A stretch of DNA of 64,000 nucleotides from Acidobacteriota bacterium (GTDB lineage: Bacteria > Acidobacteriota > Vicinamibacteria > Fen-336), in assembly GCA_011526565.1 (NCBI GenBank), contig WYBL01000071.1, positions 5,553-69,552 on the forward strand. Direction: 5' to 3'. The notes beneath the pieces are model-generated. The model was not told where the DNA came from, searched no databases, and saw only the letters and a program-made list of their open reading frames with translations. Of the stretch, positions 36,820 to 44,930 are shown one piece after another. Positions within the stretch are counted from its first letter, which is position 1; each line of letters opens with the position of its first letter. The position numbers were made by a program, and so were the translations under genes.

Positions 36820-38475
36820 ATGGCCAGCCCGCCGTTCGACTTCAGCGCCTTCCTCGACCCCGACAGCCCGGTCGCCCGCCGCGCGTCCGGCGAGCTGATC
36901 ATCGACATGCTCGAGCCCGGCGACCACATGTACGTCGTGCGCGCGGGCGAAGCGGCGATCAAGGTCGGCGACATCGTGCTGGAGACGATCGGGCCCGGCG
37001 CCGTGGTCGGCGAGATGGCGCTGCTCGACGAGCAGAACCGCAGCGCCAACGTGGTCGCGCTGCGGCCGTGCGAGGTGGTCGCCATCGATCGCGCGCGCTG
37101 CCTGGAGCTGGTGCGGGCGCGGCCGGAGTTCGCGCTCGAGCTGATGCGGCTGATCGTGCGCCGGCTGCGGGCGATGAACTTCTACGCCCACCACGACCCC
37201 GTCACCCGGCTGCCCAACCGGGCGAGCCTCGAGGAGCACCTGCGCGGCGCGGTGTCGCGGGCGAAGCGGCTCGGCAAGCCGCTGGCGCTCCTGACCGTCG
37301 ACGTGTCCGGCCTGCAGGAAGTGGACGAGCTGCTCGGCTACGCGGCCGGCGACACGCTGCTCGACGTCGCAGTGCGCCGACTACGCGGCACGCTGCACGA
37401 CGCCGACTTCGTCGCCCGCGTCGGCGGCCACCAGTTCGCGGTGGTGCTCGAGGAACTCGAGGACGTGCAGAGCGCGGCGCGGGTGGCGCAGCAGGTGGTG
37501 GCGGAGATGGCGCGCCCGTTCCCGCTCGGCGAGCAGCACGCGGCGCTCTCGGCGGCGGTCGGCATCGCCTCGTTCCCCCAGGACGGCGCCGACGGCAAGG
37601 ACCTGGTGCGCGCGGCCGGGTCGGCGGTCAGCCGCGCCAAGGAGCAGGGCGGCGACCCCTGCCAGTTCTTCAGCCCCGAGCTCAACGTGCGGGCGCTGGA
37701 GGCGCTGGCGATCACGAACAAGCTGAAGCTGGCGCTGGAGCGCGACGAGTTCACGCTGCACTACCAGCCGCTGGTGGCGCTGGCCAGCGGGCGCGTCGTC
37801 GGCGCCGAGGCACTGATCCGCTGGCACGAGCCGCTGATGGGGCTGATCGCGCCGGCGACGTTCATCCCGCTCGCCGAGCGGCGCGGGCTGATCGCGGAGA
37901 TCGGCGACTGGGTGCTGCGCCAGGCCTGCCGCCGCGCCCGCGAGTGGCAGCAGGCGGGGGCGCCGCCGTTCCGCGTCACCGTCAACCTCTCGCTCGCCCA
38001 GCTCCACCGCCCGGGCCTCGCGGCCCGCATCGGCGAGATCCTCCACGAGACCGGCCTCCAGCCGTCGCTGCTGGAGCTGGAGCTGACCGAGACCTTCGCG
38101 ATGCAGGAGCCGGAGGCGACGGGCCGCGTGCTGGCGGAGCTGGGCGAGATGGGCGTCGGCCTCGCGATCGACGACTTCGGCACCGGCTACTCGTCGCTGT
38201 CCCACCTCAAGCGCTTCCCGGTCAACCGCCTCAAGATCGACCGCTCGTTCATCGCCGGCGTCCCGGGCGACGCCGACGACGCGGCGATCGCGCGCACGAT
38301 CATCGCGATGGCTCACAGCCTCGGCATCAAGGTCGTCGCCGAAGGCGTGGAGACCGCGGAGCAGCGCGCGTTCCTCGCGGCGGAGGGTTGCGAGGAGGCG
38401 CAGGGCTGGGCTTTCGGCCGCGCGATGCCACCCGCGGACCTGCTGCCGCTGCTGCTGCACGGCCTGCCGAAGTAA
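36820..38475 (+). CDS. cNMP-binding - degenerate GGDEF - EAL protein (c-di-GMP phosphodiesterase type)
   Basis: ATG 36820. cNMP phosphate-binding cassette VGEMALL...RSANVVA. The GGDEF signature is replaced by GGHQF. EAL motifs are intact (EALIRW, NLS, ELELTE, DDFGTGYSSL, KIDRSF, EGVET, QGW). Confidence 0.85.
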   Translation: MASPPFDFSAFLDPDSPVARRASGELIIDMLEPGDHMYVVRAGEAAIKVGDIVLETIGPGAVVGEMALLDEQNRSANVVALRPCEVVAIDRARCLELVRARPEFALELMRLIVRRLRAMNFYAHHDPVTRLPNRASLEEHLRGAVSRAKRLGKPLALLTVDVSGLQEVDELLGYAAGDTLLDVAVRRLRGTLHDADFVARVGGHQFAVVLEELEDVQSAARVAQQVVAEMARPFPLGEQHAALSAAVGIASFPQDGADGKDLVRAAGSAVSRAKEQGGDPCQFFSPELNVRALEALAITNKLKLALERDEFTLHYQPLVALASGRVVGAEALIRWHEPLMGLIAPATFIPLAERRGLIAEIGDWVLRQACRRAREWQQAGAPPFRVTVNLSLAQLHRPGLAARIGEILHETGLQPSLLELELTETFAMQEPEATGRVLAELGEMGVGLAIDDFGTGYSSLSHLKRFPVNRLKIDRSFIAGVPGDADDAAIARTIIAMAHSLGIKVVAEGVETAEQRAFLAAEGCEEAQGWAFGRAMPPADLLPLLLHGLPK

Positions 38476-38485
38476 CCGCGGCGCC

Positions 38486-39562
38486 TCAGCGCGAGGCGTG
38501 GGCGACGGGCAGGCTCGCGATCCAGGCCCGCACCAGCGCCACGGCCTCCGCGTCCGCGACGACGCTGCCGAGCGGCGGCATCTGCGACGACGGGCGGCGC
38601 GAGCCGAGGCGATGCAGCAGCGCGCTGCGCCCCGGGTCGCCGGGCGCGACCAGCCGCGAGTCGTCGGGCGCGAGGCCGGGCATCACGTAGCGGCCGGCGG
38701 CGCCCACCGCGGTCGCCCGCGCCGGTTCCGGTGCGTCGCGCTCGCCGTCGCGCGCCACGTCGTGCAGCAGCACGAGGCCGAGCCGGGCCAGCGGGCCGCG
38801 GTCGTTGTGGCAGCCGCCGCAGTTGGCCGAGAGGTAGCCGAGCGCGGCGCGCGCGACCGGGTCGCGCTCGCGGATGCGCGGCGGCGTGGTCGCCCACTCC
38901 GGCCGCCGCGGGCGGAGCCGGTCCTGCGCGACCAGCGCGCGCAGCGTCAGCGCGCCCGGCGGCAGCGGCTCCGCGTGCGGCGCCAGCGGGTCGCGGTCGT
39001 CGGAGAGCTGCAGCGCGCTGAAGCCGAGCACGGGTGAAGGCGCGAGGCCGTGGCAGGCGAGGCAGTCGTCCACCGCCGGGATCGAGTGGCGCTTGCCGGG
39101 CGCGATCTCGTGCGCGTTGCGCAGGCCCGCCTCGGGGGCGAGCACCGCCTCCGTCTGCGCGTCGTTCCACACGTAGGTGGCGAACACCCAGCCGTCGTCC
39201 GTCGCCTTCCAGATGAACCGCGTCTCGACCTTGCGTTCGCCCCAGGCGAACTCCTTCCACACCTTCGTGCCGGTGGGGAAGCGCCAGGCGTCGACGTCGG
39301 AGACGTCGATCCGCGCGCCCGGCGGGAGCTGGACGAACCGCGACTTGCGGGCGCCGTCGGTCCACAACGGGTACTGCGGGACGAAGCGCTCGACGGTCGC
39401 CGCCAGGCGTCCGTCGGGGCCGTAGAGCCCGGTCTCCGACAGCCGCTGCGGGGCCCGCGGTTCCGCGGGCTCCGTGGCGAGCGAACTCGCGCCCGCGGCG
39501 GCCGCGGCGGCGGCGAAGGCCAGGGCGGCCAGCGCCGGCCGCCGGGCGCGCGCGGGGAGCAC
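38486..39562 (-). CDS. dihaem (2x CxxCH) cytochrome-c-like protein, hypothetical
   Basis: GTG 39562 lies 2 nt after the upstream stop and is followed by a signal-like N-terminus. Two haem motifs, CLACH and CGGCH. The LSETGLY...PLWTDGA opening is recalled from a conserved hypothetical haem-binding family. Confidence 0.6.
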   Translation of the reverse strand: MLPARARRPALAALAFAAAAAAAGASSLATEPAEPRAPQRLSETGLYGPDGRLAATVERFVPQYPLWTDGARKSRFVQLPPGARIDVSDVDAWRFPTGTKVWKEFAWGERKVETRFIWKATDDGWVFATYVWNDAQTEAVLAPEAGLRNAHEIAPGKRHSIPAVDDCLACHGLAPSPVLGFSALQLSDDRDPLAPHAEPLPPGALTLRALVAQDRLRPRRPEWATTPPRIRERDPVARAALGYLSANCGGCHNDRGPLARLGLVLLHDVARDGERDAPEPARATAVGAAGRYVMPGLAPDDSRLVAPGDPGRSALLHRLGSRRPSSQMPPLGSVVADAEAVALVRAWIASLPVAHASR

Positions 39563-39564
39563 GT

Positions 39565-40140
39565 TCAGTTCGCCGCCGGCGGGTCGATCGGCTGCGGCAC
39601 GCGGTTGCGCACCTTCGGGATCGACTGCAGGTACGCGAAGATCGCGCGCAGGTCCTCGTCGCTCGCGTTGCGGTACATCGGCCACGGCATCGGCGGCAGG
39701 ATCGGCCGGCCCTGGCCCTCGTGGCGGCCGCTGCGGATCGCGGCCACGAACGTCTCGGGCGTCCAGCGACCGAGCCCGGTCTCTGGGTCGGGCGTCAGGT
39801 TGGCGGTGAAGCTGACGCCCCACGGGCCCGCGAACGCGGTGTTGGTACCGGCACCCGCCCACTGCCAGGCCCCGCCCAGGGCCGGCGGCGCAGTCACCGC
39901 CACGCCCTCCGGGTGGCCGGAGAGCTCGCGGCTCATGTCGGGCTCGGGGCCGTTCGGGCCCATGTGCCACGGCGTGTGGCAGTCGTTGCAGACCATCACC
40001 TTGACGAGGTAGCGGCCGCGGGCGACGGGGTCGGCGGCGGTCGCGGACGCCTCGGGCGGAGCGGCGGTGGTGACGTGGGCGGCGATCGCGCTGGCGGCCA
40101 GCGCGGCGGTGACGAACGCGGACGTGCGGCGTGAGCTCAT
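39565..40140 (-). CDS. monohaem c-type cytochrome
   Basis: 191-aa ORF with a signal peptide, CNDCH haem motif and distal MPWPM. Confidence 0.75.
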   Translation of the reverse strand: MSSRRTSAFVTAALAASAIAAHVTTAAPPEASATAADPVARGRYLVKVMVCNDCHTPWHMGPNGPEPDMSRELSGHPEGVAVTAPPALGGAWQWAGAGTNTAFAGPWGVSFTANLTPDPETGLGRWTPETFVAAIRSGRHEGQGRPILPPMPWPMYRNASDEDLRAIFAYLQSIPKVRNRVPQPIDPPAAN

Positions 40141-40204
40141 GGCGGGTCCTCCTCGAACCTCGCGCTGATGGACGCATTCCGCGCCCTTGCCGCACGCTCA
40201 ATCG

Positions 40205-40233
40205 TTCCTAGACATTTCCTAAGCTTTCCCTAA
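40205..40233. promoter_or_regulatory. three helically phased direct repeats TTCC(C)TAA
   Basis: TTCCTA at 40205, TTCCTAA at 40216 and TTCCCTAA at 40226, a period of about 10-11 nt. They lie in the AT-rich divergent region between the cytochrome c gene and the PNPOx gene. Confidence 0.3.
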
Positions 40234-40243
40234 CATCGCGCCC

Positions 40244-40711
40244 ATGCCCTCCACGATCCCGGAAGAGCTGTGCCGCTTCTTCGAGCGCGGCCTCTCGATC
40301 CACGTGGCGACCCGCGACGGGGAGCTGCGCCCGGACGGGTCCGCCGCCTGGGCGGCCCGCGTCCATCCGGATCGTCAGCGGATCACGGTCTACCTGCACG
40401 AGGCGTCCGCTGCCGCGATGCTGCGCAACCTGCAGCGCCACCCCGAGATCGCGGTGCTGTTCGAGCGCCCCAGCGAGCACAGCGGCTGGCAGGTGAAGGG
40501 CCGCTTCGCATCCTCGCGGCCGGCGGCGGAGGAGGAGAAGGCCGAGGTACTGCGCCAGGCCGAGGGCTTCCGCGAGGAGCTTCGGGTGATCGGGCTGCCG
40601 CGCGCGCTGACCGAGGCGTGGGCGCTGTGGCCGTGCGTCGCGATCGAGTTCGACGCGGAGGCGATCTTCCAGCAGGCCCCGGGGCCGGGCTCGGGGGAGC
40701 GCCTCAAGTGA
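40244..40711 (+). CDS. pyridoxamine 5'-phosphate oxidase-like (FMN-binding split-barrel) protein
   Basis: 155-aa ORF. LSIHVATRDGELRPDGSAAWAARV...ITVYL has a PNPOx-like fold pattern. The family assignment is from memory. Confidence 0.6.
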   Translation: MPSTIPEELCRFFERGLSIHVATRDGELRPDGSAAWAARVHPDRQRITVYLHEASAAAMLRNLQRHPEIAVLFERPSEHSGWQVKGRFASSRPAAEEEKAEVLRQAEGFREELRVIGLPRALTEAWALWPCVAIEFDAEAIFQQAPGPGSGERLK

Positions 40712-42084
40712 TCCCCCTCGAGAGCCTCACCAACAGCTTCCAGGGCCTGATCCCGGCCTGGCTGTGCACCTGCTCGAAGGAGGGTGTGCCGAACGTCGCG
40801 ATCCTCAGCCACGTCGACTACGTGGACTCGCGCCACGTCGCGTTGTCGTTCCAGTTCTTCAACAAGAGCCGGCGCAACGTCGCGGAGAACCCGCAGGCGC
40901 TGGTGCGGATCTGCGATCCCGACACCTTCCGGTTCCACGCCCTGCGGCTGCGCTACGTGCGGACGGAGACGGAAGGGCCGCTGTTCGAGTCGATGCGGCT
41001 GCGGATCGAGGCGGTGGCCTCGTACTCGGGACTCAAGGGCATCTTCAGGCTGCTCGGCGCGGACGTGTACGAGGTGCTGTCGGTCGAGGCGGTCGCCCAC
41101 GAGGTCGGGCGGCTGCCGGGGCTGGCGCGCGAGGCCACCGCCGCGCGGGTGCCGTTCACGATGCGCGCTCTGCAGGAGCTGTCCGAGCGCATCCAGCGGG
41201 CCCCCTGTCTCGACGCGCTGCTCGACTCCATCCTCGAGGCGCTGGAGCGGCTGTTCGGCTTCTCGCACGCGATGATCCTGCTCGCCGGTGACCGGCCCGG
41301 GCGCCTGGAGACGATCGCGAGCCGCGGCTATGCGCACGGCGGCGTCGGAGCCGAGGTGGAACTCGGCGAGGGGCTGATCGGCCTCGTGGCCGAGGCTCGC
41401 AAGCCGATCCGCATCTCCGGGCTGCTGCGACAGTTCGTCTACGCCGAGGCCGTGCGCCGCAGCGCCGAAGAGCGCGGCCTGTGCGGCGAGCGCAGCCGCA
41501 TTCCGCTCCCGGGGCTCAAGGAGCCCGACAGCCAGCTCGGCATCCCGCTGCTCGCGCGCGGCGAGCTGCTGGGCGTGCTGTGCATCGAGAGCGAGGAGCC
41601 GTACCGCTTCCACGAGGAGGACCGGGCCTACCTCGAGGTGCTGGGCGGGTACCTGGCGATCGCCATCCAGAACGCGCTGCTGCGCGAGCGGAGCGAGGAG
41701 GCGGAGCCCCCGGAGTCCGGGCCCGAGCCCGCCGCCGCCGTGGTGGCCGCTCCCGCTCCAGCGCGGCTCGCGATCGAGTTCTACCGCGGCGAAGAGGTGA
41801 TCCTCGCCGACGGCGAGTACCTCGTGCGGGGCGTGCCCGCGAAGATCCTGTGGAAGGTGCTGCAGGAGCACCGCGCGACGGGCGCGGCGGAGTTCACCAA
41901 CCGCCGCCTGCGCCTCGACAAGGCGCTCGGCCTGCCCGAGTTCAAGGACAACCTCGAGAGCCGCCTGATCCTGCTCCGCCGCCGCCTCGAGGAGCGCTGC
42001 CCGGCGATCCGCCTCGTTCCGTCCGGCCGCGGCCGCTTCCGGTTGGAGGTCGCGGCCGAGGTGGAGCTGGTCGAGCGCCCCTAG
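40708..42084 (+). CDS. PNPOx-like N-domain - GAF domain - C-terminal winged-helix-like protein
   Basis: GTG 40708 overlaps the upstream stop (GTGA). N-domain: AWLCTCSKEGVPNVAILSHV. GAF: FGFSHAMILLAGDRPGRLETIASRGY...LGIPLLARGELLGVLCIES. C-terminal 100 aa: KILWKVLQEH...RLILLRRRLE. Confidence 0.65.
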   Translation: MIPLESLTNSFQGLIPAWLCTCSKEGVPNVAILSHVDYVDSRHVALSFQFFNKSRRNVAENPQALVRICDPDTFRFHALRLRYVRTETEGPLFESMRLRIEAVASYSGLKGIFRLLGADVYEVLSVEAVAHEVGRLPGLAREATAARVPFTMRALQELSERIQRAPCLDALLDSILEALERLFGFSHAMILLAGDRPGRLETIASRGYAHGGVGAEVELGEGLIGLVAEARKPIRISGLLRQFVYAEAVRRSAEERGLCGERSRIPLPGLKEPDSQLGIPLLARGELLGVLCIESEEPYRFHEEDRAYLEVLGGYLAIAIQNALLRERSEEAEPPESGPEPAAAVVAAPAPARLAIEFYRGEEVILADGEYLVRGVPAKILWKVLQEHRATGAAEFTNRRLRLDKALGLPEFKDNLESRLILLRRRLEERCPAIRLVPSGRGRFRLEVAAEVELVERP

Positions 42085-42099
42085 GCGGCCCGCGGCCCG

Positions 42100-44797
42100 C
42101 TACTGGTCCAGGTCGCCGAGGCCGTCGACCTGGATGATCTGGGTGCGCACGCTGGCCGTCTGCGAGTAGGTGAGCGCGGATCCGTCGCGGGCCACGCCGA
42201 GGCTCTCGAGCATCCGCGTCGCGCTCCCTCTCACGACCACCTCGCCAGGGCCGGTGACGCCCCTGTCCGGGTCGAACGCGAAGCGACGCACGGAGATGTC
42301 CTCCGCGGTGGGGACGATCGCCCACAGGAAGGTCCTGCCGTCCTCGACCGACCAGCGAAAGCGGTAGGCGGTGGGCGCCGACAGTGGCAGGGCCCTGCCG
42401 TCCGCGAGCCGCAGGACCTGGGCGACCGCGTCGGGACGCAGGACCCCTGGCCGGGGCCCCGCCGTCCCGCCCGAGGCGTTGAACGCGACGAAGCGCCCGT
42501 CAGGGCTCACCTCGGGAACGAAGGCGTTGCGCGTCCGCGCCACCAGAGTGGCCTCCGTGCCGTCGGGGCGAATCTTCCAGACGCCGATCTTGTCCTCGCC
42601 GCTGTCCTGCCGCGTGAAGAGGACCCACTGGCCGTCGCCGGTCATCGTCGGGTTCTGGGCGTTCTCGAAGTCGGTCACCTGGCGCGGCGAGTTGCCGTCG
42701 GCGTCGGCCATCCAGATCTGGAAGCGACCCGAGCGGTTCGAGCTGAACAGGAGCCGCCGACCGTCCGGGCTCGACGCCGGGTCCCAGTCCTGCGCCTCGT
42801 GGTCGGTCAGGCGCTGCAGCTCGCCGCTCTCGCGCGAGAGGCGCCAGACGTCGAGGTTGCCGCTGCGATTCGAGGAGAACAGCAGCCAGCGGCCGTCCGG
42901 CGAATAGGCCGGCTGGCGATCGCTGAACGGGCCTTCGGTCAGCGGCGCGGCGTTGCCCCAGCGGCCCGGGCCCGTGCGCTCCACCTGGTGGAGGCTCTGC
43001 TCGAGGGAGCCGAGAGACACGACCAGGGAGCCCTTGCCGGCGACCGCAATGCCGCTGCCGATCGGCAGCAGCGGCAGCAGGCTGCGAAGCTGCTTCGACA
43101 CGACGTCGAACACGGCGATGCGCCCCGAGGCGCCCAGGTAGCCGCCGCCGTCCGCGAGCAGCAGGGCCAGCCGCCGGGCCGAGACCCAGGACATCCCCTG
43201 CACCTTGGTCACCGCGACCCGCGACACCGGCAGCGCGAACTGCTCGAACTGGCCGCTGCCGGGATCGAGCAGCCCGAGGCGGTCGGGGACGCCGGCCTGC
43301 CCCTCGGTGATGGCGATCGCGATCCGCTTCCCGTCGGGTGACCAGCGTGGGAAGGCCCCGCCGATGCCGCCCACGAGTGCGCCGCTGTGGAGGCTGCGCT
43401 GCTGGCCGCTGCCGATGTCGATGACGGCGACTTCGCGGCGCAGCGGCGCGCCGGCATCGCTCGCCTCGGGCTGCCAGCGCATGTAGACCACCGAGCGCCC
43501 GTCCGGCGACCAGTCGCCGTCCCGCGCCTCGCGCGCCACGAGCCGTTCCTCGCGCGTCGCCAGGGCGATGCGGTAGAGGCTGCCCTCCTTCTCGAAGAGG
43601 ACGCTGGTGCCGTCGGGGGAGAAGATCGGCTTCGAGGACGGGCTCGGGCCGAGGGCGCTCTCCGAGCCGCTCACGAGGTCCTTGATCCAGACCCGCATCT
43701 CGCCGTTGCGGATCGAGGTGAACGCCAGCGTCTTGCCGTCGGGCGCCAGCGACGGATCGGACGAGGGCCCCCCGGCGACGAGCGTGCGCAGCGTCGCCTC
43801 GCCGACGGGTGGTGGCGCAACAGCAGCGCCGAAGCGACTCATCGCGAGGGCGCCGAGCAGGAGGCCGGCCACCGCGCCGCCGAGCCACGGCCAGAAGCGC
43901 CGACCCGGCGCCTTCGCGGTGTCGGCGCCGACGTCGACGGAGCTCCTCGGGCAGGGCCCAGGCGTCGCCGATGTCGCGCAGCCGCCGCTTCGGGTCCTTC
44001 TGCAGACACGCCTTCACCAGGCGGCGCGCCTGCGGGGGGAGCTCGGCCCAGTCGGGTTCCCGCGTCAACACGGTCGCGAGGATGTCCGACACGGTGTCGC
44101 CGGCGAAGAGCTGGCGGCCCGTCAGCATCTCCCACAGCACGACGCCGAACGCCCAGATGTCGGCGCGCTTGTCGACCGCCTTGCCGCGCGCCTGCTCGGG
44201 CGACATGTAGGCCGCGGTGCCGAGGATCAGGCCGGCCTGCGTGCCCGCGGCGGTGGCGAGCGTGGGGGACTGCGAGAGGTCGTGCGACCCCGACGTGTTC
44301 ATCGGGTCCGGGGACATCGCCTTGGCGAGGCCGAAGTCGAGCACCTTGACCTTGCCGTCCGGCGTGATCTTCACGTTCGCCGGCTTCAGGTCTCGGTGGA
44401 CGATGCCCTTCTCGTGCGCTTCCGCGAGCGCCTCGGAGATCTGCTTCGCGATCGCGATCGCTTCGTCGGTCGGAAGCGCTCCCCGCTTCAGCCGTTGCGA
44501 GAGGTCCTCGCCCTCGACGAGCTCCATCGCCAGCGCGATCACTCCCTCGCTCTCCTCGAGCCCGTGGATGGCGGCGATGTTGGTGTGGTTCAGCGACGCG
44601 AGGATCTGCGCCTCGCGCCGGAAGCGGGCGACCCGCTCCGCGTCCTGCGCGAAAGCGGCCGGCAGCACCTTGATCGCCACCTCGCGGCCGAGCTTCGTAT
44701 CGCGCGCGCGCAGCACCTCGCCCATGCCGCCGGCGCCGATCGCGGCGACGACCTCGTAGGGCCCGAGCCGGGAGCCGGGTATGAGACCCCGGCTCAC
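42100..44797 (-). pseudogene. Ser/Thr kinase - TM - PD40/TolB-like beta-propeller protein (paralogue K1), single frameshift
   Basis: GTG 44797. The kinase domain is intact to ...RLRDIGDAWALPEE. The linker, TM and propeller (SVDVGADTAKAPGRRFWPWLGGAVAGLLLGALAM...) continue in another frame (track ORF 42100-43872). The frames switch within about 43930-43950. Confidence 0.7.
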
Positions 44798-44831
44798 GCA
44801 GCGAAACGCAGTCGTCGGGCGGGCGCGTGAT

Positions 44832-44881
44832 GGCGCGTCGGGCAGGGCAGGGCGGGCATGATCCGGTGGCAGATCATACCC
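44832..44881 (-). promoter_or_regulatory. conserved upstream element of kinase K1 (TATGAT box within an inverted repeat)
   Basis: About 74% identical over 50 nt to 56049-56098 upstream of K2, at the same 34-nt distance from the GTG start. The sense strand reads TATGATC-n8-GATCATG. Confidence 0.35.
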
Positions 44882-44930
44882 GCCGGCAGCGGCATCCCCG
44901 CAGCCAGGCGCACCGTAATGAGCAGGCGGT

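Noticed and set aside
44854-44881. Hairpin GGGCATGATC-n8-GATCATACCC, first read as a terminator for the PKD-protein gene.
   Set aside because: There is no U tract. The same element recurs at the same distance upstream of kinase K2, so it fits better as part of a duplicated kinase promoter/operator.
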